Assembly (NCBI GenBank): GCA_963749085.1
Contig: CAVVLG010000002.1
Span: forward strand, 293,033 to 357,032
Direction: 5' to 3'
Length of the DNA: 64,000 nucleotides
DNA from: Candidatus Adlerbacteria bacterium
GTDB lineage: Bacteria; Patescibacteriota; Minisyncoccia; Phycocordibacterales; SBAW01
Shown here: in pieces, positions 28,470-39,441 of the stretch
How the letters are laid out: every line of letters starts with the position of its first letter
Position numbering within the stretch: the stretch's first letter is position 1
Notes under the pieces: model-generated
Databases searched by the model: none
The model's input: only the letters and a program-made list of their open reading frames with translations
Told to the model about the DNA's origin: nothing
Program-made: the position numbers and the translations under genes

Positions 28470-28546
28470 ATCATTGACAATTTGGCCCTTTTGAGATAGC
28501 ATATTCACTGGAACGCTATTCAATTCTCATCTCAGGGAGAAGCGCG

Positions 28547-28768
28547 ATGGAACTCGGACCATGGAAAGCATGCCCGATTTGTTTTCCGACGACACACTAC
28601 CGCACCGAGCAATGCCCGACTTGCTTTCCGACGACACGCTCCCTGCCGACAAAGCACGGGCAGAGCGGACAAGACATCAGCATTCCAAGATCGACACCGG
28701 ACCAGCGGGACTATCTGGAATCAATAAAACAGTCGACGGGTCGGTTTGACCCAAACACTGTCATCTAG
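28547..28768 (+). CDS. Orphan microprotein with two CxxC repeats (73 aa)
   Basis: TTGACA-17-TAGCAT (28474-28502), SD AGGGAG, terminator 28786-28818. CPICFPTT and CPTCFPTT repeats. Confidence 0.55.
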   Translation: MELGPWKACPICFPTTHYRTEQCPTCFPTTRSLPTKHGQSGQDISIPRSTPDQRDYLESIKQSTGRFDPNTVI

Positions 28769-28853
28769 CCCTCCACTTGCAGAACATCGGCGGCCATCCA
28801 GGCCGTCGATTTCTTTTTGCCAAAAAAATAAAGCGCGGTAATATGGAACAATT

Positions 28854-30077
28854 ATGGAAGAACGAGACCATAAAAAACTCGGCCCGGAATTAGAACTTTT
28901 TTATATCGACCAAACGGTCGGGAAAGGACTGCCTATGTTTTTGCCCAAGGGCGCTATAGTCAAACGGGAGCTAGAACGTTTTGTTATTGAGGAAGAGACC
29001 AAACGCGGCTATCTACATGTGCATACGCCCGACCTGGCACGCTTGGAACTTTACGAAAAGAGCGGCCACTATCCACACTATAAAGACTCGATGTATGCAC
29101 CAATAGAAATAGACGACGAGAAATTCATGCTCCGCCCGATGAGTTGCCCTCATCATTTTCAGATGTTCCTTTCGCGTCCGCACAGTTATCGTGAAGCACC
29201 CATACGCATCGCCGAATTGGCACAGCTCTATCGTTACGAACAAAGTGGCGAATTAATGGGTCTACAGCGCGTGCGCACCTTTTGCCTCGCTGACGCTCAC
29301 ATTATCTGCTCTTCTGAAGAACAGGCGGTCGAGGAAATAGGCAAGGCGCTCGATCTGATCGAATACATGGCAGGCGTCTTCGGTCTTAGGATAGGAAAGA
29401 ATTATCGGTTCCGTCTCTCCATGGGGGATCGCAATAACACTGAGAAATACTATAAAAATGACGCCGCGTGGGAAAAGGCTGAGGATCTTTTGCGCAAGCA
29501 TATGGTGAGTCGCGGAGTTGAGTTTGAAGAAGCTAAAGACGAAGCGGCATTTTACGGTCCGAAAATAGATATACAGATGAAGAACGTCAATGGCAAAGAG
29601 GATACCGCTTTCACCGTGCAATATGATTTCTGCATGCCGGATCGTTTTGATCTAACCTTTATCGGTGAAGATGGTAAACCGCATCGTGCGTTCGTTGTGC
29701 ACCGCTCTTCAATTGGTGCGATTGAGCGCTTTATGGCCTTCCTTATCGAGCACTATGATGGCGCTTTCCCCACGTGGCTCTCCCCCGTGCAGGTGCGGGT
29801 GTTGCCGATTGCCGATGCGCATAAGGACTTTGCGCGCGGGGTACTTGAGCAACTAAAGAATGCAGACATCCGCGCCGAGATAGATGAAAGTAACGAGACG
29901 CTCGGCAAAAAGATTCGGGAAGCGAAGACACAGAAAATTCCTTATGTCCTAGTCATGGGTGATAAAGAAATGACCGATAACACGGCAACGCTTGAGGGCC
30001 GCGAAGGCAAAGTGGGCACATTCTCCGTTCCAGAAATCATTTCAAAATTAAAGCAAGAAATTGACGCTCGCGCGTAA
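28854..30077 (+). CDS. thrS: Threonine--tRNA ligase, short form without the N-terminal editing domains
   Basis: Begins at ERDHKKLG. Contains LRPMSCPHH, YRYEQSGEL, AAFYGPKID, HRSSIG. Confidence 0.96.
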   Translation: MEERDHKKLGPELELFYIDQTVGKGLPMFLPKGAIVKRELERFVIEEETKRGYLHVHTPDLARLELYEKSGHYPHYKDSMYAPIEIDDEKFMLRPMSCPHHFQMFLSRPHSYREAPIRIAELAQLYRYEQSGELMGLQRVRTFCLADAHIICSSEEQAVEEIGKALDLIEYMAGVFGLRIGKNYRFRLSMGDRNNTEKYYKNDAAWEKAEDLLRKHMVSRGVEFEEAKDEAAFYGPKIDIQMKNVNGKEDTAFTVQYDFCMPDRFDLTFIGEDGKPHRAFVVHRSSIGAIERFMAFLIEHYDGAFPTWLSPVQVRVLPIADAHKDFARGVLEQLKNADIRAEIDESNETLGKKIREAKTQKIPYVLVMGDKEMTDNTATLEGREGKVGTFSVPEIISKLKQEIDARA

Positions 30078-30103
30078 CAAAAATCCCCCTTCGGGGATTT
30101 TTG
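30078..30103. terminator. Bidirectional terminator
   Basis: CAAAAATCCCC-cttc-GGGGATTTTTG-like stem between convergent genes. Confidence 0.85.
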
Positions 30104-30142
30104 CAGGACAATGTTTTGGAGCTTCGCTCTTCCCCTTATGAG

Positions 30143-31330
30143 TCAGGCGTGTGCGCGGTTTATCTGAGAGAGCACGAATGAATCTATCATGTCGCTTTCA
30201 TCAGTAAGCGGTGCATTTTTGACCGCAGAGACTTTCGGGTTTATGAGAGCGGCGATCTGCACTGCAAGCGCGTTGATGTCTATATTCTGAGACTGAACCG
30301 TAGCTTCCGGGGTAGATTTAGCTATAGCAGTCTTCGAAGTACCGAGGAGGAATTTCTTTATTGAATTCAATATCCTGTTCTGCACGCGCTTTATGACGAT
30401 GAGATACGCGGCCGCAAGACACCACAACACCAGGAAGCTCCAGTACAATATGAGTTGCCAGAGACTAAGATCAAGGCCAGTGTACGGCACTTGGCTAAGT
30501 GTTACGTACGGAGACGGGTTGTTGTAAGCGATAGGGGGATTGTAGAGGACCGGAGGCTGGCAAGTTTCATAGCCATAGCAACCACAAGTGTTACACGTAG
30601 GCGTGGGAATGTAAGAGTAGGGGTTTGTGTATACAGGCGCAGGTGTCGATGCCGAAGCTACATAGACGGTTTGGGTTTGCGTCTGTGTTTGCGTAGGCTG
30701 GCTGACGATCTCCGGGGGACTATACGTATCATTCACCGTTGAAGTATTGCCACTATCGATGGTGACCGGGGCATAGGTCGAGGTATTGCCATTGTCGGTT
30801 ATGGTCGTAGTGGTGTCACAGGTGTTAGGAGTGGTACAAAAACTTGTATTGCCGTTGTTGGAGGTATTGGTATTAGTATTGACGTTGGTATTGGAATTGG
30901 AAGGCGCGACCGGCGCAGTGATGTAACCCGGGGCGCTATAGCCAGGCGATGTGAGATAACTGCTGCCGGTCAAATAACCACCGGTCGTGTAACCCGAGCC
31001 AGCAAGGTAGCTAGGGCTGTAGGAGTAGCCAGAGCTGTAGGTATCCGGAGAGTAGCTGTAGGAGCTATCCGGAGAATAATCATATGAAGTATCCGGAGAG
31101 TAACTGTATGAAGTGTCCGGAGAGTAACTGTATGAAGTGTCCGGAGTATAGCTCCCGACATCACCACAACATCCGCCACTATAGTCACCGCCATCGTCCT
31201 CCTGCGCGTATGCGACATGCACAAACGGTGAAAGAGATGAGATAGAAAAGCCACCGACCACAAGGACAGACACGACAAACAGGCCACTGAGGCCGCTTAA
31301 AATATCCTTATGTACCAAGGTAATCTTCAT
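30143..31330 (-). CDS. Low-complexity surface protein with a VPYTG sorting-like motif
   Basis: Signal/TM segment ending VAYA, S/Y/T/N-rich body, then SQVPYTG, a TM helix and KR. Confidence 0.75.
   Translation of the reverse strand: MKITLVHKDILSGLSGLFVVSVLVVGGFSISSLSPFVHVAYAQEDDGGDYSGGCCGDVGSYTPDTSYSYSPDTSYSYSPDTSYDYSPDSSYSYSPDTYSSGYSYSPSYLAGSGYTTGGYLTGSSYLTSPGYSAPGYITAPVAPSNSNTNVNTNTNTSNNGNTSFCTTPNTCDTTTTITDNGNTSTYAPVTIDSGNTSTVNDTYSPPEIVSQPTQTQTQTQTVYVASASTPAPVYTNPYSYIPTPTCNTCGCYGYETCQPPVLYNPPIAYNNPSPYVTLSQVPYTGLDLSLWQLILYWSFLVLWCLAAAYLIVIKRVQNRILNSIKKFLLGTSKTAIAKSTPEATVQSQNIDINALAVQIAALINPKVSAVKNAPLTDESDMIDSFVLSQINRAHA
31042..31152. repeat. 24-bp coding tandem repeat, about 4.5 copies (SYSYSPDT)
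   Basis: Units like TATCCGGAGAGTAACTGTATGAAG start at 31042, 31066, 31090, 31114 and 31138. Confidence 0.9.
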
Positions 31331-31431
31331 AATTAACGATGCGATTATACTTATAACTTTTATCATGTCAAGAGAAAAAAGAAAAGAGGTGGTTGGGTGG
31401 CGGATTGAACGCCGTCACCCAACTTAACAAA

Positions 31432-31920
31432 CTACTTCCTCGCCCAGTCGGGATCAATCTCCGTTCCGGTGAGAGACATCCGAATGTATCCCCTTCCTTT
31501 TTCGTGTGCCTCTTGCAAGGCACGCGATATTGAAGGTATTTTCCGGACCGAATGGTGACCGGTAATGGCGTTACCGTTATCGCACAAATCGACTTTGTCG
31601 ATTTGATGCGACCGCATCCATTGGGCACCGACGCAGGTGTGTCCTTCGAGATCGAATTCTTTCAGGATGGGCGCCCGTACCAGCACACCGTTTGATTCGA
31701 AAGTGAGCAGTGCGCGCCGGTTGCCGACCTGGTCCCACACCACGCAGACGAGCGCGATGTTAGTTGGGTGTGCCTGCGAAGGTTGACCTTTGAGGGCGTC
31801 ACAGGGACCCTGGCATTTCGGACGGGGTGGCACGACGGGATTTGGCGCTGAAATATCAGCCGCATAGGCGGATGATACCATGAGCACAAGGAAGAGTAGG
31901 TTTCCAAAGATCTTACGCAT
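31432..31920 (-). CDS. Orphan secreted protein
   Basis: SD GGAGGA, signal peptide ending AYA-A, several Cys, and a terminator at about 31375-31422. Confidence 0.65.
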   Translation of the reverse strand: MRKIFGNLLFLVLMVSSAYAADISAPNPVVPPRPKCQGPCDALKGQPSQAHPTNIALVCVVWDQVGNRRALLTFESNGVLVRAPILKEFDLEGHTCVGAQWMRSHQIDKVDLCDNGNAITGHHSVRKIPSISRALQEAHEKGRGYIRMSLTGTEIDPDWARK

Positions 31921-32061
31921 GTCATCCTCCACGGGTTATGCGTTACTCTCCTTTGACGAGAGTCTGGATAAAGACCTAAGTAGATCTACAACCAGAAACT
32001 AACCAAAAAGGTAGTCCGGGTGGCGTGCGTAGAAATGCACGCCACCGGACAAGAAGTGAGT

Positions 32062-32355
32062 TCAGTTCGCTTTGCACCATCCGGTACCAGGCCCCGTAAC
32101 GTTGGTGGGCCGGCCATCGGGGGTACAGCGCCACTGGTCTTGGATTGGGACGTCGAACGGGCGTTGCATCGTCCCTTGGACGACTCTTCCACCGTGATTG
32201 CCACCGTAGGCCGGGGGGGCGCCGTAGCCTCCACCTTGGTAGGACGGCGGTGCAGATGGAGGGCCGAGATAGGCTTGGGCTCCGACACCTCCAGCACAGT
32301 TACACAGTGAAAGAAGGCCAACGAGAACTGCCGAAGTCAACACTGACTTCTTCAT
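32062..32355 (-). CDS. Orphan secreted or lipoprotein-like Gly/Pro-rich small protein
   Basis: TTGACA-17-TACACT (32417-32445), SD GGAGGA, MKKSVLTSAVLVGLLSLCNC, and a hairpin at about 32014-32050. Confidence 0.6.
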   Translation of the reverse strand: MKKSVLTSAVLVGLLSLCNCAGGVGAQAYLGPPSAPPSYQGGGYGAPPAYGGNHGGRVVQGTMQRPFDVPIQDQWRCTPDGRPTNVTGPGTGWCKAN

Positions 32356-32475
32356 GAGATTCCTCCGGGTTTGCGCCTTGCAATCAAGGCTAAGGGACGT
32401 CTAGTACCCGCTGTCGAGTGTATCACCTATCTAGGTTCTTGTCAATACCCTCCCACAGAAGGTGCCGGAAATCGC

Positions 32476-33108
32476 TTACTGTGCAAGGGCGTACGAGCCC
32501 ACAAAGTCGGCCATCACAATAAAGCGGTTAGATTTGGATGCGAAGGAGTCGCAGGTCACCAGGGTGAGATACATGCCGTCCGAAGGCAGCGGAATGAAAT
32601 CGTCAGTGGCGTTTGCGACCTTCACACTGATAACGCTGTAGCGGTATTCAGTCGTTACCGAATAGACGCTCACGATGTCCCCTTCTTTGAGGTTCTGAAT
32701 GCCGTCGAAAGTTCGATATTCCTGGTCGTTGAGAATAGGAAGATAGGAGGAGTGGCCGAAGATAAGCACCGTGCCGTTAACGCCGAGATCGGCAGAGGTC
32801 GGATAGTGAACCGCACCCTGAAGCAGATCGGCATCAAGCGTAGTGATATCGGTGGTGGTCGGATCCTGAACTACAATATCAAGTCCTATCGTGCTCGCGA
32901 CAATACGTACCGGAGCCTCCGGTGTTCCTGAGTTGGTAACGGCAACATTGGTCGTTTGCGGCTCAGTGCTCGGTGTGGGCGCATCAGGTGTGGCACCCAC
33001 TGCGGCAAGAAAGAGAAGCGTGAGTATGAAAAACGCAAAAAAGACCACCGTGAACATCACGGGGCGTTCGGCTATTTGTGCTATGGCTCCGCGATTGCTG
33101 CTATCCAT
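32476..33108 (-). CDS. Sortase
   Basis: N-terminal TM and a catalytic triad pattern: IFGH, LTLVTC, NRFIV. Confidence 0.9.
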   Translation of the reverse strand: MDSSNRGAIAQIAERPVMFTVVFFAFFILTLLFLAAVGATPDAPTPSTEPQTTNVAVTNSGTPEAPVRIVASTIGLDIVVQDPTTTDITTLDADLLQGAVHYPTSADLGVNGTVLIFGHSSYLPILNDQEYRTFDGIQNLKEGDIVSVYSVTTEYRYSVISVKVANATDDFIPLPSDGMYLTLVTCDSFASKSNRFIVMADFVGSYALAQ

Positions 33109-33118
33109 AGATAGCTCA

Positions 33119-33207
33119 AGACTACCCTAAATAATCTTATTTGTCAATAGCCCTATATAAAACAACGTTTATGGGAACTTGACAAGCCTCACGCACTATG
33201 CTAGGTT
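33119..33207. promoter_or_regulatory. Divergent sigma70 promoters for the sortase and the 33216 gene
   Basis: Minus strand TTGACA-17-TAGTCT; plus strand TTGACA-17-TAGGTT. Confidence 0.6.
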
Positions 33208-33215
33208 AGCGCCGT

Positions 33216-34385
33216 ATGGAAACCCACGAAGAGTCGTCCACCAAGGACATTTTTCTCCGGACCATTGCGGTCTTGGGCCTCATCGCCGTTTTGCTTCTGG
33301 GCGCATGGGGTATTATCCAGCTTGCAATAGCCCTGCCCGGCATTTTCGGTCAGATAGGCGGCGGCGTCTCCAATGTTTTTACCAGTACTCCCAAAGAGAG
33401 CCTCTCGGTTTCGGCTCCGGCGAGCGCTACTTCGGGACAGTCATTTAGCGTTTCTTGGGATCATACCGGCGGAAGCGATACTTATTCCTACACGCTCTCC
33501 TACGCGTGCGAAAGCGGTCTCTCGCTTAAAGCTCCTGTGCCTACCGGCAGCTACGAAAGCGTCGCATGCAATACCCCGTTTGATTATGTAAACGCCAGCG
33601 ACAACATGACGGTCATTCCTTCTCTAACTGGTACCAACAGTGCCTCGCTCGTCATCACGGTTTCTTCGACCGATCTGTCGACAGGCGCCATTACGACTAC
33701 CGGTTTGGCAACAACCAACGTCACTACTGGCGCAGCTCAATCGAGCACATATACGCCCCCGCAAACGACTGCCTCCGCTGCTCCGACAGTCTCTTATAGA
33801 CCAGCTCGGGTACGCGCACCGCTCTACGGGTATCCTCAATTCGCGATCGTGTATAACTCAACGACTCCGAACGGCTCGCTCATTACAGTGACCTTCACGG
33901 TCGAAAACGTCGGCACTAATGTAATTCCGAGCGGATGGATGTTTGATGCGCTCTTACCGGTAAATGGCGGCTATACTTTTGAGAGCCAGCCACAGCAAGC
34001 ACTCTACCCGGGCGATAAAATCGTGTACAGCTTGAGCTTCAATAACTCGTACGGTTACACGAACTATTCGAATGGATACAATCCGTCTGAATACGGCTAT
34101 TCTAGTCCTGACTACTACACGGGATACGCTTATGAGAATGGAAATAGTTCCTATACGTGCAACTATTATGGACCGTGCGACATTCCGGGATACACGACTT
34201 CGTATCAAACGCCTTCCTATGTAAGTCCGTATCCGGTTGGCTATAGCTACGGATCCAATAGTTACGGCTACGGATCTCCCTACGGCACTGCTGGCACCGT
34301 AACCATCACCGTTGACCCCTCAGGCTTGATCTACGAACTTAATAGAAGCGAAAATACTCTCACAATTCCTATTCCGGCTTATTAA
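33216..34385 (+). CDS. Membrane-anchored surface protein with Ig-like segments and a Tyr-rich insert
   Basis: N-terminal TM, beta-rich S/T segments, FTVENVG (CARDB-like), and a Y/G/S-rich tract. Confidence 0.7.
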   Translation: METHEESSTKDIFLRTIAVLGLIAVLLLGAWGIIQLAIALPGIFGQIGGGVSNVFTSTPKESLSVSAPASATSGQSFSVSWDHTGGSDTYSYTLSYACESGLSLKAPVPTGSYESVACNTPFDYVNASDNMTVIPSLTGTNSASLVITVSSTDLSTGAITTTGLATTNVTTGAAQSSTYTPPQTTASAAPTVSYRPARVRAPLYGYPQFAIVYNSTTPNGSLITVTFTVENVGTNVIPSGWMFDALLPVNGGYTFESQPQQALYPGDKIVYSLSFNNSYGYTNYSNGYNPSEYGYSSPDYYTGYAYENGNSSYTCNYYGPCDIPGYTTSYQTPSYVSPYPVGYSYGSNSYGYGSPYGTAGTVTITVDPSGLIYELNRSENTLTIPIPAY

Positions 34386-34410
34386 CGTTTTCAGATTCAA
34401 ATGCCTTTGC

Positions 34411-34439
34411 CAAAACTCCCGCTCGTAGCGGGAGTTTTG
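34411..34439. terminator. Bidirectional terminator
   Basis: CAAAACTCCCGCT-cgt-AGCGGGAGTTTTG. Confidence 0.88.
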
Positions 34440-36515
<2,076 letters not shown>

Positions 36516-36656
36516 TTAAAAGCAGAAAGCCCCTCGGGCTCTACCCCTCAATTGTAGCAGAAAAGTGGTCAAAAAGGAAGCCCGAAAGTGGATAAAAAAC
36601 ATTGCAAAATAAGGATAAAGTGGTACTATTTGGACAGAAAGAAACGGGAGTAAACC

Positions 36657-36860
36657 ATGAGCAGGAAAACCTTGTGGTGTCTGGCAGGAATCATCTGTAT
36701 CGCACTTCTCTCAACAGCAGAATCTACGACCGCTCAGACTAGGTCAAAGCTCGTATTCAGTCCGTGGGAGGAAGTGCCCGAGCCCGGCATCCATCATCGC
36801 GTCAAACGATCGAAAAAGCCTCACCACAAAAGTCTCTGGCACATTATTTCAAACGATTAA
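36657..36860 (+). CDS. Orphan secreted basic microprotein (67 aa)
   Basis: TTGCAA-16-TACTAT, SD GGGAG, signal-like N-terminus, and a hairpin at about 36870-36893. Confidence 0.5.
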   Translation: MSRKTLWCLAGIICIALLSTAESTTAQTRSKLVFSPWEEVPEPGIHHRVKRSKKPHHKSLWHIISND

Positions 36861-38650
36861 CGAACCTCCCAGCCGCTCCCCTTGAGGGCGGCTGTTACTT
36901 TTTCCATTATTGCGTTTACTTCAACTTCAGTGAGCGTACGTTCAAACGATTGGAACACGAGCCGAAACGCGAGAGATGTCCTCTCCCCTTTTTCAAATCG
37001 GTCAAACAGTTCGATGCGAACAAGCAAACTGCCTCCTTCTTCCTTAATCATCTCTAATACGTCCTGCGACTCTGTATCCAACGACACCCACAAAGCTATA
37101 TCACGCACGATGTAGGGATATCTTGAGAACGGTTGGAATCGTATGGCATCGGACAACGGGAGACGCTCATATGATGTGGCATCCAAAGGTGTAAGCGGAA
37201 TTTCGGTCTGTTCTTTTTCAGAAACGCTGCCGAGCATGACTTTCTCTTTCCCATCCTTCCACACTGCCCCGATCTCAAATAGTTTTATCTCTCCCAAGCC
37301 AAGAAGTTCTTTATTGTGTTTATTTCTTTCAAACGCTTTGATAAGGCCGTCGAGCAAGGTTGAACGTAGATATGGTTTTACGCTATCAACTTTATTCAAG
37401 ACCGCGCGCTCCCCCCTATCAGCAAAAACTGAGGTAAAGACTTCAGAGTATCCCTTTGAAATCATCCCCTCACGGATGTGTTCTGCGGTATAGAAGTTTT
37501 TGTTGATTGCTGGTTTTTTAGGGAACGGCGGCAATGCGGTTGCAAGAACTTTGTCATAGCCGATAATACGACCGATTTCTTCTATCAGATCTTCGGGAAT
37601 TTGCAGATCAAGTCGCTCGGGCGAAACCGCGACCGTGAATACGTCCCCTGTTTGTGCAAAATCAAAATCCAACCGTGAAAAAGATTCCTGTATTTCTTTC
37701 TCGCCGAACGTCGCACCGAGTACATGCTGCACTCCCGTCACCGAGACGGAGACACTCCAAGTTGGTTGGGGTTTTGGATAGGCATCGACAAACCCCACCA
37801 CCTCCCCGCCCACCATATGCTGAATAAACTCAACCATTCCCTGCATACCGAGGGCGGCTAACTCTGGGGACAGCACCTGCTCAAAGCGTATTGATGCATC
37901 GGTACGCAACTTTAGTACTTGCGCGGTCCTACGAATAGCAGCGCCGTCAAAGTTCGCCGATTCAATAATGATATCGTGCGTCTCCTCGGTGATGCCTGCA
38001 GGGAGGCCCCCTTTCACTCCGGCGACACCGATTGCTTCATTTTTATTCGCGTCTGCAATCACGAGTATCGATCTGTCGAGTGTGTATTCTTTTTTATCCA
38101 GTCCTATAAATGTTTCTCCCTTTTGTGCGTTACGCACCGCGATAGCGTAGGTATTGTCTTTTGCTTGAAGCTTGCTGGCGTCAAAGGCATGGAGCGGCTG
38201 CCCCAGATTGAACATGACAAAGTTCGTCGCGTCTACAACGTTATTTATCGAGCGCTGGCCCATCGCCTCTAATCTCTCCTTCAGCCATTTAGGCGATGGG
38301 CCCACCTTTACCCCCTTTATATAGCCTGCAATATAGCGTTTGCAGAATTCTGGATTATCTATCATCACGGACACCGCGGTAGTCTTTTTGGAAATATCCG
38401 ACCGGGTGTCAAAGGGATCGTGGGTCAACGGCACCGTGAGTATTGCCGAGAGTTCTTTGGCAATGCCGCGGTGGCATAGGCAGTCATGCCCGCGATTGGG
38501 CGTTACCTTGACGTCGAGTACGGCATCCTCTCCGACTCTCTCTATCCCTTCTATTTCAAACGCATGGAGGGTAAGCGCCTCTCCGAGTGCCTCCGCGCTC
38601 GGGAGTTCGACATCAAAAAACTTAGTGAGCCACAGGCGGGAGATTTTCAT
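36857..38650 (-). CDS. pheT: Phenylalanine--tRNA ligase beta subunit (short form)
   Basis: VTPNRGHDCL, INNVVDATN, RLDLQIPEDLIEEIGR, C-terminal FDX-ACB domain. Confidence 0.94.
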   Translation of the reverse strand: MKISRLWLTKFFDVELPSAEALGEALTLHAFEIEGIERVGEDAVLDVKVTPNRGHDCLCHRGIAKELSAILTVPLTHDPFDTRSDISKKTTAVSVMIDNPEFCKRYIAGYIKGVKVGPSPKWLKERLEAMGQRSINNVVDATNFVMFNLGQPLHAFDASKLQAKDNTYAIAVRNAQKGETFIGLDKKEYTLDRSILVIADANKNEAIGVAGVKGGLPAGITEETHDIIIESANFDGAAIRRTAQVLKLRTDASIRFEQVLSPELAALGMQGMVEFIQHMVGGEVVGFVDAYPKPQPTWSVSVSVTGVQHVLGATFGEKEIQESFSRLDFDFAQTGDVFTVAVSPERLDLQIPEDLIEEIGRIIGYDKVLATALPPFPKKPAINKNFYTAEHIREGMISKGYSEVFTSVFADRGERAVLNKVDSVKPYLRSTLLDGLIKAFERNKHNKELLGLGEIKLFEIGAVWKDGKEKVMLGSVSEKEQTEIPLTPLDATSYERLPLSDAIRFQPFSRYPYIVRDIALWVSLDTESQDVLEMIKEEGGSLLVRIELFDRFEKGERTSLAFRLVFQSFERTLTEVEVNAIMEKVTAALKGSGWEVR

Positions 38651-38651
38651 C

Positions 38652-39392
38652 TTAAAATTGATTTGCGAAGCGAAGATCGGCGGAGTGCATTAAACGTACA
38701 TCGTCTATGCCCCATTTAAGCATCGCTAAACGATCTAAACCCATGCCAAAAGCAAAACCTCGATATTTTTGAGGATCTAATCCAACGTTTTGAAAAACAT
38801 TAGGGTGTACCATACCTGCTCCCATCATTTCCACCCAGCGATCACGAAGTTTAAGCGGTGCTTCAGATCCAGTAATGCGCATATCTACTTCTACGGCTGG
38901 CTCGACGAAAGGGAAAAAACTTGGACGAAAACGAATATCAACTGAGCCTTTCAATATTTCCCCTAAAAAAAATTTGAGTGTACCTTTTAGGTGCGCCATG
39001 GTGATATCCTCTCCCACCACAAGACATTCGATCTGAAAGAATTCCGCCTCATGGGTCATATCGGTCGCTTCGTTACGAAATGCACGCCCCGGGTTAATCA
39101 TGCGATATGGAGGTAAAATACCTTTTTTTATTTGTTCTTCCATATAACGTACTTGGACCGGCGATGTGTGGGTGCGCAAGACCATACCCGGTTCATCCTT
39201 GATAAAAAAGGTGTCCTGCATATCGCGCGCCGAATGATCCTTGGGAACATTCAATGCGTCAAAATTATGCCATTCGTCTTCAACGAGCGGCCCTTCGGCA
39301 AACGTAAAACCCATGTCATAGAATATCCGATTCGCTTCGCGGATGAGGGAGGAGATGGGATGCAGGTGGCCTCTGACGTTTTTTTCTTGCAT
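38652..39392 (-). CDS. pheS: Phenylalanine--tRNA ligase alpha subunit (catalytic core)
   Basis: NFDALN..HSARDMQDTF, LRTHTSPVQ, RPSFFPFVEP, GFAFGMGLDRL. Confidence 0.96.
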   Translation of the reverse strand: MQEKNVRGHLHPISSLIREANRIFYDMGFTFAEGPLVEDEWHNFDALNVPKDHSARDMQDTFFIKDEPGMVLRTHTSPVQVRYMEEQIKKGILPPYRMINPGRAFRNEATDMTHEAEFFQIECLVVGEDITMAHLKGTLKFFLGEILKGSVDIRFRPSFFPFVEPAVEVDMRITGSEAPLKLRDRWVEMMGAGMVHPNVFQNVGLDPQKYRGFAFGMGLDRLAMLKWGIDDVRLMHSADLRFANQF

Positions 39393-39441
39393 AATCCTTG
39401 TAGTATAGGTGCATTTGTCTCAAAATGGTATACTCACGATC

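Noticed and set aside
31042-31152. Possible CRISPR array
   Set aside because: The 24-bp units are contiguous and in frame, with no unique spacers and no cas genes.
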